DNA of 64,000 bases from Polyangiaceae bacterium (GCA_965222375.1 CBDCTZ010000012.1:480001-544000); one strand, 5' to 3'. Counted from the stretch's first letter, positions 28,126 through 38,831 are shown. Translations and numbers: made by a program. Notes: generated by a model from the sequence alone, not told the origin.

Positions 28126-28545
28126 ATGCCCAAGCTCGATGGAACCAAGACCCATACGCACCTCAAAGAAGCTTTCGCTGGGGAGTCCCAAGCGAACCGC
28201 CGTTACCTTTACTTCGCGAAGGTCGCTGACGTGGAAGGCTATCCGGAGGTCGCCGGTCTTTTCAAGGACACGGCCGACGGTGAGACCGGCCATGCACATG
28301 GCCATCTCGACTTCCTCAAGCAGGTCGGTGATCCCGCCACTGGCAAGAAGATCGGCGACACCAAGCTCAACTTGGCCGCAGCGGTCGCGGGGGAAACCCA
28401 CGAGTACGAGACCATGTACCCGGGATTCGCCAAGACCGCACGGGACGAGGGCTTCGATGAGATCGCCGAGTGGTTCGAGACCTTGGCCAAGGCCGAGAAG
28501 AGCCACGCCGGTCGTTTCCAAAAAGCGCTAGACACCCTGGATTGA
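28126..28545 (+). CDS. rbr: Short rubrerythrin (no rubredoxin domain)
   Basis: [43 protein letters not shown] 7 nt upstream. Confidence 0.93.
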   Translation: MPKLDGTKTHTHLKEAFAGESQANRRYLYFAKVADVEGYPEVAGLFKDTADGETGHAHGHLDFLKQVGDPATGKKIGDTKLNLAAAVAGETHEYETMYPGFAKTARDEGFDEIAEWFETLAKAEKSHAGRFQKALDTLD

Positions 28546-28634
28546 GAGGCACGCCCGAACCGAAAGCCATCGGTCGCGCGTGCGTGCGGTCGGTGGCTTT
28601 CTCCATTTTGCATTCCACGGACGAAGAATATTTC

Positions 28635-30014
28635 ATGAGCCAGTTTCCCCGAGAGCCCGAAGCACCCCCCGCCTTCGACCCCAATGATGAGCGCTACTGG
28701 GACGCGCGGGATCTCGAGGCGGAACTGCTGCGTACATATCAGATCTGCCACGAGTGCCGCATGTGCGTGACGTACTGTGGTTCCTTCCCGATCTTGTTCG
28801 ACGCGATTGATCGCGAGGTGGACGCCGGCCGCGCCGAGGGGGCCGAGGCGGTGAGTTCGGAAACCGTGCGTCAAGTGACGGATCACTGCTGGCAGTGCAA
28901 GCTCTGCTACATCAAGTGCCCATACACGCCGGATGAAGAGGCCCGCGAGCTGCTCGACTTTCCCCGGCTCATGGCGAGGGAAAAGGCCCAGCGCGCGCGC
29001 CGGCAGGGGATTCCGCTGGTGGACCGGATCTTGGGGGAACCGCGCTTGGTTGGCTGGGCGGGCTCGGGCATGAGCTCGAAGCCGGCGAACTTCGTGAACG
29101 CGAACCGCCTCGCTCGAAAGATGACAGAACGCGTCGCGGGCATCAGCGCCCAATTCCCCCTTCCGCCCATGGCCAGACAAGTGTTCGGTAAATGGTTTGC
29201 CAAGCATGAACCTCTGCCCACTGCAGGGGATGCCGGACACGTCGTGCTCTTCGCCACCTGCTATGGCGAGTACAATTTCCCGGAGGTGCCTCAGGCCGCC
29301 GTGCAAGTGCTCGAGCACAACGGCTATCAAGTCATTGCCCCGGAGGAGGTGGACTGTTGCGGCATGCCCAACTTGGACGGGGGCGACGTGGCTGCTGCGA
29401 AGGCCAAGATGCAGCGCAACGTCTCTCGCATGCTCAGCTACGTGCGCAAGGGCATGAAGATCGTGACGCCTGGTCCCACCTGCGGATACACCATGAAGAA
29501 CGAGTGGCCCGTGTATCTGGGTAGCGAAGAAGCCAAAGAAGTCGCCGATGCCACCATGGATTTGATGGAGTTCTTGGAGGGACTCCGTCGGAGCAAGACA
29601 TTGAACAAGGACTTCGAAGGCGGTTTTGGCAAGATCGCCTATCATGCAGCCTGCCACTTGCGTGCGCAGAAAATCGCCCTGCCCGGCGCGAGGATCCTGC
29701 GCTTGCTCCCCGATACCGAAGTCCGCAGTGTCGAGCGCTGCTCCGCGGTGGACGGAACCTGGGGCATGAAGGCGGAGTATTATGAAGAGGGCGTACGCTA
29801 CGCCCGGCGCATGGCCAAGGATCTCGCCCCGGAAGACGACGAACCGGATCTAATCGTCACCGATTGCAACCTAGCTGGACAGCGCATTCTTGCTGAGAAC
29901 AAGCGTCCGGCGCTGCACCCTATCGTGGCCTTGGCGCAGGCCTACGGCTACGGCGGGGCGGTTCGCAAGCGGCGGAGCCGAATTACCGAGCCGTTGGACG
30001 AGGAGCGCACATGA
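28635..30014 (+). CDS. Rubrerythrin-associated Fe-S oxidoreductase (GlpC/HdrD-like, CCG domains)
   Basis: [39 protein letters not shown]. Confidence 0.9.
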   Translation: MSQFPREPEAPPAFDPNDERYWDARDLEAELLRTYQICHECRMCVTYCGSFPILFDAIDREVDAGRAEGAEAVSSETVRQVTDHCWQCKLCYIKCPYTPDEEARELLDFPRLMAREKAQRARRQGIPLVDRILGEPRLVGWAGSGMSSKPANFVNANRLARKMTERVAGISAQFPLPPMARQVFGKWFAKHEPLPTAGDAGHVVLFATCYGEYNFPEVPQAAVQVLEHNGYQVIAPEEVDCCGMPNLDGGDVAAAKAKMQRNVSRMLSYVRKGMKIVTPGPTCGYTMKNEWPVYLGSEEAKEVADATMDLMEFLEGLRRSKTLNKDFEGGFGKIAYHAACHLRAQKIALPGARILRLLPDTEVRSVERCSAVDGTWGMKAEYYEEGVRYARRMAKDLAPEDDEPDLIVTDCNLAGQRILAENKRPALHPIVALAQAYGYGGAVRKRRSRITEPLDEERT

Positions 30015-30583
30015 AGCAGGTACAGCGCAGTGAGGTGCTGGGTTTGGGCGCTTATGAGGAGATCCGCGCGCGTTTTCGCGCGCGGATCATCGAGGAGAAG
30101 AAGCGACGCCGGCTCGCCCTTGGTTCGAACATGACCGCAGTGTTCGAAAACCACGATACGGTTCTGTACCAAGTTCAAGAGATGCTGCGAACCGAGCGCA
30201 TTACCAGCGAGAGCGGCGTGATGCACGAACTCGAGACTTACAATACTCTCGTGCCTGGCGAGCATGAACTCTCCATCACCCTGCTCGTCGAGTACCCGGA
30301 CCGGGCGGAGCGCGAACGCATGCTGAGCGAGCTGGCCGGCTTGGAGGACTGCGTATTCTTCGAGGTCGGTGGACAGAGGGTGCAGGGGGTCGCGGAGGAG
30401 CGCAGCGACGACAAGACGCGCACGACTGCGGTGCACTATTTCAAGTTCCCTCTGGGCTCGGAAAACGCCCGAGCCCTGGCGTCGGGAACGCGTGCGGCCC
30501 TCGTAGTCGAGCACGCGGCGTACGAGGCAGAGGCCACGCTCAGTCCAGGTGCACTACAAAGCTTGGTTGCGGATTTGAAATGA
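30011..30583 (+). CDS. DUF3501 family protein
   Basis: FEN..TVLYQVQEMLR.ERI, ELETYN.LVP, TTAVHYFKF; follows rbr and the Fe-S oxidoreductase. Confidence 0.88.
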   Translation: MKQVQRSEVLGLGAYEEIRARFRARIIEEKKRRRLALGSNMTAVFENHDTVLYQVQEMLRTERITSESGVMHELETYNTLVPGEHELSITLLVEYPDRAERERMLSELAGLEDCVFFEVGGQRVQGVAEERSDDKTRTTAVHYFKFPLGSENARALASGTRAALVVEHAAYEAEATLSPGALQSLVADLK

Positions 30584-30596
30584 AGCCCGCGCGGAA

Positions 30597-31076
30597 CTAC
30601 GGCGCGCGGCAAACCGACGTCACCTTCGCCGTGTAGGTTGCCCGCCACTCGCGGCGGCCCGGGACTTTCTGAATATCTGCGGCAGCCGGCTGGGTCACGA
30701 AGCGCAATCGCGACGCCTTGTGGTTGCCAAGTTGTGGAAACGCATCGAGGCCGGTCCACTCGAAACGGCTTGCATGGTGGTGGGGCATGTCGAGGGGCTG
30801 TGCAGGTTGCCAACTGCGCGAGGTGGTGTCCCAGGTTACATCTAGCCAGAAGGGTGCCCCATCGGCGTCGGCGTAGGAGCCCAGAGGGGCCGCTCCTTGC
30901 GGCAGCTCACAAGGGCCCAAAGCTAGCGCGGTCGCGGGGCTCCGCTTGGCCCCGCTGGCGCGCGATGCCTCAGCCTGCGGCGCATGGGGGGCGGCCGTCT
31001 TCCCGGGCGGGGCGCTTGGTTTCGAAGGGCAGCCCCAAACACAGCCAATGGCGCTGATGCACGCCGCCTGGCGCAT
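30597..31076 (-). CDS. Hypothetical exported protein/lipoprotein
   Basis: Signal-like start (..GCVWGCPSKP), Pro/Ala linker, compact domain containing MPHHHASR. Confidence 0.55.
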   Translation of the reverse strand: MRQAACISAIGCVWGCPSKPSAPPGKTAAPHAPQAEASRASGAKRSPATALALGPCELPQGAAPLGSYADADGAPFWLDVTWDTTSRSWQPAQPLDMPHHHASRFEWTGLDAFPQLGNHKASRLRFVTQPAAADIQKVPGRREWRATYTAKVTSVCRAP

Positions 31077-31198
31077 GCGTCGTGAGACCCTTCCGTGTGC
31101 CGAGCCGCCGCGTGCCGAGCCGCGAGCTGCCTTTGGTCCGGCGCCTCGGTGGCGTCTAGGGAGCGTGTAGCGACGCCGAGAAAGACGACAAGGGCCGA

Positions 31199-31669
31199 TC
31201 AACTCTGGGGCTCGGGCACGCGCCCGGGAGGGGGCGGTGGGCCATCACCGGTTTCGTGCCGAATGAAAAGCCGAATGAAATCCGCTTCGGTCAGGATCCC
31301 AACCAGGGTCCCATCTTCCTCGGCGATGAGCAGACAGCCGAGCTTGCCCTCCCACATGAGTTTCGCCGCGCTGAGCAAGGGCTCTGTCGGTTTGACGGTG
31401 ATGACTTCTTTTTGCATGACCGCGCTCGCCGGCTGCCGGTGGATGACTTGGTCTCGCTTCTCGGCTGCAGCCGACAGGAAGCTCGAGGACGCATGGAGCA
31501 GGTCTCGGTGGGTGACCAGGCCGACGACCTTGCCGTCTTCCACCACTGGCAGGTGCCGAAAGTGAAAACGTTGCATGCCTTCCTCGAGCTTCTCAAGGGT
31601 ATCGTTGCGGCCGATGGTGACCAGCTTTCGCGTCATCACTTCGCCAATGGTCTTCGGTAGTTGCGGCAT
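31199..31669 (-). CDS. CBS-pair protein
   Basis: IGEVMT..., FRHLPVVEDGKVVGLVTHRDL, LVGILTEADF. Confidence 0.9.
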   Translation of the reverse strand: MPQLPKTIGEVMTRKLVTIGRNDTLEKLEEGMQRFHFRHLPVVEDGKVVGLVTHRDLLHASSSFLSAAAEKRDQVIHRQPASAVMQKEVITVKPTEPLLSAAKLMWEGKLGCLLIAEEDGTLVGILTEADFIRLFIRHETGDGPPPPPGRVPEPQS

Positions 31670-31740
31670 CGCCCTAGGCATAATTGCACTTCGCTGTCGT
31701 TGCAATCGTTAAGGCTCCGAAGCCCGCGGCGAGGTGTGCC

Positions 31741-32187
31741 CTAGGAGCTGGCCGGCCTACCAGCTTTTTGGGCGGCAAAGCGTTCGACCAGGCTAGCAGG
31801 AACACGGGTAGGGCGGCCGCTGGCGATGCGTATCAAGACCCAGGTCGTGCTGGCCCGCGCCAGCAACTCGTTGTCTCGTGTGAAGTTCGTGCGTCGCACG
31901 CTGCTCGCGCCACGCACGCTCTCAATCCACGTCGTCGCAGTGATGCGTTCGGTTTCCTTGGCGGAGCGCAGGTACTCGATGTCGTGACGCCGGATTACCC
32001 AGAGCAACCCGAGCTTTCGGTAGGCTGCCAGATCGAGTCCCACGCTGGCAGAGTGCGCGGTCGCGACGTCGTTTACCCATCGCACCCAGGCCACGTTGCC
32101 AGCGTGTCCAAGGTCATCGATGTCGGATGCGGGCACACAAAAGTGGTGCGAAAAAGAATTCGCGTTTGGGAATTGCTCGGTTGCCAC
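31741..32187 (-). CDS. Acyl-CoA thioesterase (4HBT hot-dog fold)
   Basis: DIDDLGHAGNVAWV, RRHDIEYLR, SGRPTRVP. Confidence 0.88.
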   Translation of the reverse strand: MATEQFPNANSFSHHFCVPASDIDDLGHAGNVAWVRWVNDVATAHSASVGLDLAAYRKLGLLWVIRRHDIEYLRSAKETERITATTWIESVRGASSVRRTNFTRDNELLARASTTWVLIRIASGRPTRVPASLVERFAAQKAGRPASS

Positions 32188-32280
32188 GAGGGCGGACGCT
32201 ACTGCGAAGCCATGCGCGCAGTCAGCTTTCCAGCGGAAAAGCTGCTTTTTGGGCGGTTTTGAGCTATTTATATCAACCCT

Positions 32281-32997
32281 ATGAGCTTCGATCGCGTCGT
32301 GCCGTCAGAAGGTAGTCGGCGACGCCGGCTTTCCGTGCTCGGCATGGAAGCTCTGGCGTTTGCGCGACAGGCCGCACTGATGCCGCTCAACGTCGGTTCT
32401 CGTGCACCTGACGTGGTGCCAGAGAGCGATGACATCGTGGTTCTGTTACACGGCCTGTTCGCGACCGCGGGTGTGCTGCGGCCTTTGAGTCAGCGCATCG
32501 AGCTGGAAGCCTCCGCCCACACGGCATCGTTTTCCTACGCGCCGGGCCCGGGCGTGCACGCGGTGGCGCGCCGCCTTGGCAGGTTGCTTGCGCCGTTGCC
32601 TGCCGGCGCACGCCTGCACGTCGTCGGCCACAGCATGGGTGGCATCGTGGCGCGGTGGTTCGTGCAAGAGCTCGGTGGCGACCCTCGAATCGTCCAGACT
32701 ATCTCCTTGGGCAGCCCCTTCAATGGCACCCGAACCGCCCGCTTCATGCCCACGACGGCCGGTCGCGACATCTCGCCAGACTCCAAGGTCCTGCATCGGC
32801 TGGCGGAGCGCCCAAGCCACGGCGTGCCTCACCTATCGGTCGCCGCTTCCGACGACACCGTGGTGACCGAACTCGCGGTGTTCCGCCAAGGTGAGCGGGT
32901 CCTGATCGAGGGCTGCGGCCACAATGGGCTGCTTTTCGATGCCAGGGTGGCGGAGGTCGTGGTGTCGCGCATCGTAGCCAGCCGCAGCTGGGCCTGA
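32281..32997 (+). CDS. Alpha/beta hydrolase (lipase-like)
   Basis: LLHG, VGHSMGG, SLGSPFNGT, D.VV, GH. Confidence 0.88.
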   Translation: MSFDRVVPSEGSRRRRLSVLGMEALAFARQAALMPLNVGSRAPDVVPESDDIVVLLHGLFATAGVLRPLSQRIELEASAHTASFSYAPGPGVHAVARRLGRLLAPLPAGARLHVVGHSMGGIVARWFVQELGGDPRIVQTISLGSPFNGTRTARFMPTTAGRDISPDSKVLHRLAERPSHGVPHLSVAASDDTVVTELAVFRQGERVLIEGCGHNGLLFDARVAEVVVSRIVASRSWA

Positions 32998-33066
32998 TTC
33001 GTGGCGGGCCCCGGTTGGGCCCACATTCTCGTTATCTTCCGGACGACGCCGTGGTAGCTCCCGCCC

Positions 33067-33633
33067 GTGCGAACGCTTTTGCGCCTGCTAGTCCTGGTTT
33101 CCGCACTTGCGGGGGGCCTGCTCTGGCCCGGGGTTGCTCAGGCGGACGTTTCGAGCTGGTTGTACCTTGGCGGCGGCGCAGGCATGGTGGAAGTGCCGGA
33201 CAAGACCAGCGAATGGGTGCCCTCCCTGCAACTGGACACCGGAATCGGGACCCCGCCCTCGGGGCTGGTCATGGTCGGTGGTGGCTTCCGGCTGCACACG
33301 TTTTTCGGCGATGGCTCGGATCTGGGCCTGGTGGCGCGCACCGCGAGCCGAGGCTTCGTAAACGGGGGTTTTGGGGCTGCCGTGGACCTGGGGGGCTACC
33401 AGCGCTGGTGGGGACCCGGATCTACAGGGTTGATGGCGTCCCTCAACCTAGGGGCGCCATGGGGCATCGTCTTGAGCGGAACCGGCGGCCGAGGTAGCAA
33501 CGAAGGACAGCACTTCGCTGTCACCCTAGGCATCGATCTGGCTCGGCTGACCGTGTATCGGCGCACGGGGGACAGCTGGTGGCGCAATACCTTCCCCGCC
33601 TACCGCCCCGAGGAGTCTCGGCGAGGCCGCTAG
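33067..33633 (+). CDS. Hypothetical exported, beta-strand-rich (outer-membrane-like) protein
   Basis: Signal peptide ending AQA; alternating Gly/aromatic strands. Confidence 0.65.
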   Translation: MRTLLRLLVLVSALAGGLLWPGVAQADVSSWLYLGGGAGMVEVPDKTSEWVPSLQLDTGIGTPPSGLVMVGGGFRLHTFFGDGSDLGLVARTASRGFVNGGFGAAVDLGGYQRWWGPGSTGLMASLNLGAPWGIVLSGTGGRGSNEGQHFAVTLGIDLARLTVYRRTGDSWWRNTFPAYRPEESRRGR

Positions 33634-33791
33634 GCTGCCCTCCCGGACGCGAACGGTCCCGGAGTGGTGCGCAGCCAGGAGAATCTCACCGCCAAACTCC
33701 GGCCAGTCGTGGACAGCACCGGGCGAAAGCTGCAAAAATCCGGCGTGTCGGCTTTCGACAGCCCTGGAAATTAGTCTAGTATGGTGGGGTT

Positions 33792-35315
33792 ATGGGTCTC
33801 TCTCCGGTGAAGGCCGGCAGCATCCTGGCTGGCAAGTACGAGGTAGAACAAATCCTCGGTGAGGGAGGCATGGGGGTCGTCGTTGCTGCTCGCCATGTTG
33901 ATCTAGATCAACGCGTTGCGGTGAAGTTTCTGCTTCCGGAAGTCGCGGAGCACCAGGACGCTGCTGAGCGCTTCCGCCGTGAGGCACGCGCCGCAGTCAA
34001 GATCACGAGCGAGCATGTCGCGCGGGTGATCGACGTCGGCAGCCTGGACGACGGGATCCCTTACATGGTGATGGAGTTCCTCCAGGGCCATGACTTGTCC
34101 GAAGAACTCAAGACGGGGCCACTTCCGATCACCGAGGCGGTGGGCTGGGTATTGCAGGCCTGTGAAGCCGTCGCAGAGGCTCACGCCGCTGGCATCATCC
34201 ATCGCGACTTGAAGCCTGCGAATCTGTTCTTGCATCGAAAGGCAGACGGCACCCGGATCGTGAAGGTGTTGGACTTCGGCATTTCGAAGTCCATTCCAGG
34301 CGGTTCCCTCGACGACTTGGCGCTGACGAGTACGGCGGCTTTGATCGGTTCACCCTTGTACATGTCGCCGGAGCAAATGCACTCCGCCAAGAGCGTAGAC
34401 GTGCGCACGGACATCTGGTCGTTGGGCGCGATCATGTACCAGCTCTTGGCCGGGCGGCCCCCGTACGTAGCGGACTCCCTGCCGCAATTGTGTTCGGCGC
34501 TGCTGAGCGACGTGCCACCCGCACTGAGCGGGCTACGCAAGGAAGTGCCGCTTGGTTTGGAAAGCGTGGTCATGGGCGCCCTGACCAAGGATCGGGAGCA
34601 GCGTTATGCCTGCGTTGCCGAGTTTGCTGCGGCTCTAGCGGAGTTCGCGCCAAACATGCGGGTGCACGTGGATCGCGCGTCGCGCATCCTCTCGGGCGTC
34701 GACACTAAGCTCGCTTCGGCCACGACGAACGCCTCCGCAGCTGCCGTCGTGGAGGCGAGTGCGATGACCGCAGATACTGCCACTCTCGCAGACGCCGCGT
34801 TCCGCGACACCATGGCGAGCGATCATCCGAAGTCGGATCCAGGGGCGTCCACTCTGGCGTCCTGGGGCAAGACTGGAGATCACGAAAATGGGGCGAGTTC
34901 CTCTCCGCGCCGCGGGCGAGTGTTGGGAGCCATCGTCGCTGGCGTCGTGGTTGCCGGTGGGGTCGTGGCCTTCGGCGTTTCACGCACCACAGCGGTCGCG
35001 GATTCTTCCACCGCGGGCGCCGAGTTGACCGCGCCGGCTGCTTCCGCAGCCCCGGTCGAAAGCGAATTGGCTGTTGTGCCAGAGCCCGCCAAGTCCGAGG
35101 CGGTTGCCCCGGTGAACGACGACGCCGACTCCGGCGCGAAGGAAGACGACGAGGCGGCGGCCAAGGCAACGGCGAAAGCGAAAGCGGAGGCTGAAGCGAA
35201 AGCGAAAGCGGAAGCCAAAAAGTCGGCGCCTCGGCCCGCGGTCAAGCGACCTGCCGCCAAGAAGCCCGCTGTGAAGCCCACCTCGGTGCCTTCGCAATTT
35301 GGCGGCCGCCGCTGA
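33792..35315 (+). CDS. Hanks-type Ser/Thr protein kinase, single TM
   Basis: GEGGMG, AVK, HRDLKPAN, DFG, SPEQ, DIWSLG; TM followed by an Ala/Lys/Pro-rich tail. Confidence 0.95.
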   Translation: MGLSPVKAGSILAGKYEVEQILGEGGMGVVVAARHVDLDQRVAVKFLLPEVAEHQDAAERFRREARAAVKITSEHVARVIDVGSLDDGIPYMVMEFLQGHDLSEELKTGPLPITEAVGWVLQACEAVAEAHAAGIIHRDLKPANLFLHRKADGTRIVKVLDFGISKSIPGGSLDDLALTSTAALIGSPLYMSPEQMHSAKSVDVRTDIWSLGAIMYQLLAGRPPYVADSLPQLCSALLSDVPPALSGLRKEVPLGLESVVMGALTKDREQRYACVAEFAAALAEFAPNMRVHVDRASRILSGVDTKLASATTNASAAAVVEASAMTADTATLADAAFRDTMASDHPKSDPGASTLASWGKTGDHENGASSSPRRGRVLGAIVAGVVVAGGVVAFGVSRTTAVADSSTAGAELTAPAASAAPVESELAVVPEPAKSEAVAPVNDDADSGAKEDDEAAAKATAKAKAEAEAKAKAEAKKSAPRPAVKRPAAKKPAVKPTSVPSQFGGRR

Positions 35316-35323
35316 GAGGGAAT

Positions 35324-36361
35324 ATGCGGTTTTCAGTCCGTGATTTGGTCGGAGGCAGTTGTCTATGCGCAGCTCTACTCTGTGTCGCCAGCCCTGTTTC
35401 GGCGCAGCCGTCGGCCAGTGACAAGGCCGCTGCCGAGGCGCTGTTCGACCAGGCCCAAGAGCTGATGCAAGCAGGCAAAGTTGCGGCCGCATGTTCGAAG
35501 TTCGAACAGAGCCAACGCATCGATCCGGCGATCGGGACCCTATTGTATCTCGGCGATTGCTACGAGAAGTCCGGCCGCCTCGCTAGCGCTTGGGCCACCT
35601 TCCGCGAGGGCGCGAGCATGGCTCGCACCGCGGGGCAGACGGAGCGGGCCGAAGCGGGTGAGAAACGCGCCGCGTTGCTCGGCCCGCAGCTCGGCAAACT
35701 CGTGATCGTCGTCGACGAAAACACCCGCAACGTCCCCGGGCTCGTGGTGGAGCGCGGAGGTACTGGAGTCAATTCCGCCGTGTACGGGTCGTCGGTTCCC
35801 GTCGACGCCGGGATTCATCAGATTCGAGTGACCGCGCCGGGGTATAGGGCGTGGGATGGTAGCGTGGACGTGAAAGACGGAGCCGAGGCTCGTCTGCAGA
35901 TCCCCGCGCTGGCCAAGCTGCCCGAAGCGCCAACGGAAGCACCCGTTCCAGCGTCGCCGGCAGCACCTGAGCCCGTGGTCAGTCCGCCGCCTTCGGCACC
36001 CCCCGACTCGGACTCTGGCAGCGGCGATGGACAGCGCACCGCTGGAATCGTCTTGGGCGGGGTCGGCGTCGCCGGCGTCATCGTGGGCAGCATCTTTGGC
36101 ATCACTGCCATCAACAAGAACAGCGATGCCGAGGAACTCTGCCCGAAGGGCGATGTATGCGATGACCCGGAAGGGGTCACGCTGACTGACGACGCCAAGA
36201 GTGCTGCTCTGGTCAGCAACATCGCGTTCGGGGTTGGAGGCGCTGCTCTGATCGGTGGGGCCGTGCTCTACCTGACCGCGCCGACGGAAACGACGGCGTT
36301 GCGTGCGGTACCGGCGATTGCGAGGGACTCAGCGTTCATCCAGCTGGGAGGGCGGTTCTAA
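35324..36361 (+). CDS. Exported TPR + PEGA-like protein with C-terminal membrane segments
   Basis: AAAEALFDQA..ACSKFEQSQRIDPAIGTLLYLGDCYE; VPVDAG.H.IRVTAPGY; ends in GRF. Confidence 0.8.
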   Translation: MRFSVRDLVGGSCLCAALLCVASPVSAQPSASDKAAAEALFDQAQELMQAGKVAAACSKFEQSQRIDPAIGTLLYLGDCYEKSGRLASAWATFREGASMARTAGQTERAEAGEKRAALLGPQLGKLVIVVDENTRNVPGLVVERGGTGVNSAVYGSSVPVDAGIHQIRVTAPGYRAWDGSVDVKDGAEARLQIPALAKLPEAPTEAPVPASPAAPEPVVSPPPSAPPDSDSGSGDGQRTAGIVLGGVGVAGVIVGSIFGITAINKNSDAEELCPKGDVCDDPEGVTLTDDAKSAALVSNIAFGVGGAALIGGAVLYLTAPTETTALRAVPAIARDSAFIQLGGRF

Positions 36362-37452
36362 TGCGACGCGCTGTGTTTTTCGCGGTTGCGCTGCTGGCGG
36401 CCTTGGGTTGCGAGAGCCTGGCTGGGATCGAGGACCGCACCTATCAGGCACCCATCAAGGGCAGCGCGGAATGCGAAGCCTATTGCCACGACGTCATGTC
36501 AGCCTGTGCCGACCAATACGCCGCATACCGAGATCGGGCCAGTTGCATACTGACCTGCGGCGCTCTGCCCCGCGGTGAAACCTCGCTTCAGAACACAGTG
36601 GAGTGTCGGGCCCAGAAGGCCAGTATTGCCGTGACGACCAAGGAGCCGGCAAGTGATTGTCCCTCAGCAGGCCCCTTTGGCATCGGTGCCTGTGGGTCCA
36701 CCTGCGAGGCCTATTGCAGTCTGCTGAAGCAGCTTTGCCCCTCGGAAGCCAAGGCCGTGACGGATTGCACTGCGAGCTGCCAGGCCCTGGCCGAGTCGAA
36801 AGTGTACGATTTGAGCAAGCTGACCTCCGGGGATACCTTGGAGTGTCGCATTCACTATCTGACTCTTGCAGCCGCGGATCCCGAGCAGTGCAAGAACGCT
36901 TCGGTGCTGCCTCGGCCCGGCAGCGCCTGCGTCGATCCGTCGGATGGCGCGCCTGAATGCGATGACTACTGTCGAGTGGCCCAAAGCGCTTGCACGGGTG
37001 CACTGTCCGTTTACGAGAGCGACGCCCAATGTCAGGCCGTGTGCAAAGCCTTGCCACCCGGAAAGATCGGCAACACCACGGAAAACACTGTCGGATGTCG
37101 CCTGTACCATTCGTACAGTGCTGTTGCGAACCCGCAAGGGCATTGCTCGCATGCGGGACCCGTTGGCGATGGCCATTGCGGTTTGGATGAGGGCGCCGCT
37201 TTCGGCAACTGCAAGTCCTACTGCATATTGATTGAAAGTGGCTGCAAGACAGACTTCGACGCGAAGTTCGCCTCTCAAAACGACTGCCTGAAGGATTGTG
37301 CTTCGCTCACGGGCCACGCCGAGGACCAGGGCTATGACATCACATCTGCGGCCAGCGGTGACAATGTGCAATGCCGTACCCTCCACGCCACTCGTGCGCT
37401 GAGCGACGCCACGGCGTGCGCTGCTGCCCTAGGCGCCGCGCCCTGCCAATGA
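36361..37452 (+). CDS. Cysteine-rich lipoprotein with four 8-Cys repeats
   Basis: Lipobox AALGC; 4 x CxxYC-x6-C...CxxxC...CR...C...C. Confidence 0.8.
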   Translation: MRRAVFFAVALLAALGCESLAGIEDRTYQAPIKGSAECEAYCHDVMSACADQYAAYRDRASCILTCGALPRGETSLQNTVECRAQKASIAVTTKEPASDCPSAGPFGIGACGSTCEAYCSLLKQLCPSEAKAVTDCTASCQALAESKVYDLSKLTSGDTLECRIHYLTLAAADPEQCKNASVLPRPGSACVDPSDGAPECDDYCRVAQSACTGALSVYESDAQCQAVCKALPPGKIGNTTENTVGCRLYHSYSAVANPQGHCSHAGPVGDGHCGLDEGAAFGNCKSYCILIESGCKTDFDAKFASQNDCLKDCASLTGHAEDQGYDITSAASGDNVQCRTLHATRALSDATACAAALGAAPCQ

Positions 37453-37478
37453 GTGCACGCCCCGGCGGGCTGGGGCAC

Positions 37479-38831
37479 CTAGGCCGCGTCTAGGAGTGAC
37501 ACGAGTCTGTCCAGATCTTGCCGCGAGTGCTTCTCGGTGACGGCAACCAGCAGAATGTCTTTGGACTCGGGCTCGAAGCTACCCAGATCGACCCCCGCAA
37601 GGACGCTCTGGCCCGCGAGTTTTTTCACGATGGCCGTCGCGTCTCCGCCCCGAACACGAAAAGCCAGCTCGTTGAAGAAGGGGGCGTCGCCGAAGGCCAT
37701 GGAATAGCCCTCGAGGGCAATCACCTGGTCTCGAAGGTAGCGGGCCTTCGTCGCGCACTGCTGGGCGACCTCTAGGAAGCCCCGCTTGCCGAGCAGGCTG
37801 CTGCGGATCAGGAAAGAAAGCGCCAGGAGTCCCTGGTTCGTGCAGATGTTGCTCGTCGCACGTTCCCGCCGAATGTGTTGCTCTCGGGTGGATAGAGTCA
37901 GTACGTACCCGCGCCTGCCGTTGGAATCCACGGTTTCGCCGCACAGGCGCCCCGGCAACTGCTGCAAGTACTTACGCTCATGACGGCACGCAAAAAGGCC
38001 CACGCCGGGTCCCCCGAAGTTCGGTGGGCAAGCCAATGGCTGGCCTTCACCAATGGCGATGTCGACGCCCAGAGCGCCGGGGGATTCCGCTATGGCCAAG
38101 GCGTAGGGTTCGCTCGTCGCCGTGACGACCAGGCTGCCTTTGGCATGGGCCGCGTCCACGAGTCGACGTAGGTCAGTCAGAGTGCCGTAGAAGCTCGGAT
38201 AGCCGACTATGATTGCGGCGGTGTCTTCGCCCAGGGCGTCGATGATCTTGTCCGTATCGGCACCACCTGCGTTGCCTTCCGCAACTTCAGCGTAGGCGCC
38301 CTCCTGTGCGGTGAGATAAGTGTGAGTGGACGCCCGATAGTCGGGATGCACGCATCGGCTCACCAGAACTTTCGGGCGCTTGGTCAACCGGCGCGCCATC
38401 AGCGCAGCCTCCGCAGTGGCGCTCGCGCCGTCGTAGACACTCGCATTGGCGAGCGAAAGGCCGAAAAGCTCGCTGACGATGGTCTGGAACTCCCAAATCG
38501 CCTGCAGCGTTCCTTGCGCGACTTCCGGTTGGTAGGGCGTATACGCCGTATAAAACTCGCTCCTCAGCAGCAGCTGGTCGACCGCCGGCGGAATGTGGTG
38601 GTCGTACATACCGCCCCCCAGAAAGGAGAGCATGCCCGCGCCTGGATTCTTGTCCGCCAATGCCTGCAGGTGGCCCATGAGCCGTGGCTCGTCCAAGGCC
38701 TCAGGGACTTCCAGGTGGCCGGAAAACCGAGCCTCTTCTGGGATGCTCTCGAAAAGCTCGTCGATGTCGCCGCGGCCCGCCGCCGCGAGCATCTCTTGAA
38801 TCTCTTCGGGAGTATGCGGCAGATAGCGCAT
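37479..38831 (-). CDS. gcvPA: Glycine dehydrogenase (decarboxylating) subunit 1
   Basis: MRYLPHT, FLGGG.Y.H, EFYTAYTPYQPE..QGTLQ, TREQHIRRERATSNICTNQ. Confidence 0.96.
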   Translation of the reverse strand: MRYLPHTPEEIQEMLAAAGRGDIDELFESIPEEARFSGHLEVPEALDEPRLMGHLQALADKNPGAGMLSFLGGGMYDHHIPPAVDQLLLRSEFYTAYTPYQPEVAQGTLQAIWEFQTIVSELFGLSLANASVYDGASATAEAALMARRLTKRPKVLVSRCVHPDYRASTHTYLTAQEGAYAEVAEGNAGGADTDKIIDALGEDTAAIIVGYPSFYGTLTDLRRLVDAAHAKGSLVVTATSEPYALAIAESPGALGVDIAIGEGQPLACPPNFGGPGVGLFACRHERKYLQQLPGRLCGETVDSNGRRGYVLTLSTREQHIRRERATSNICTNQGLLALSFLIRSSLLGKRGFLEVAQQCATKARYLRDQVIALEGYSMAFGDAPFFNELAFRVRGGDATAIVKKLAGQSVLAGVDLGSFEPESKDILLVAVTEKHSRQDLDRLVSLLDAA

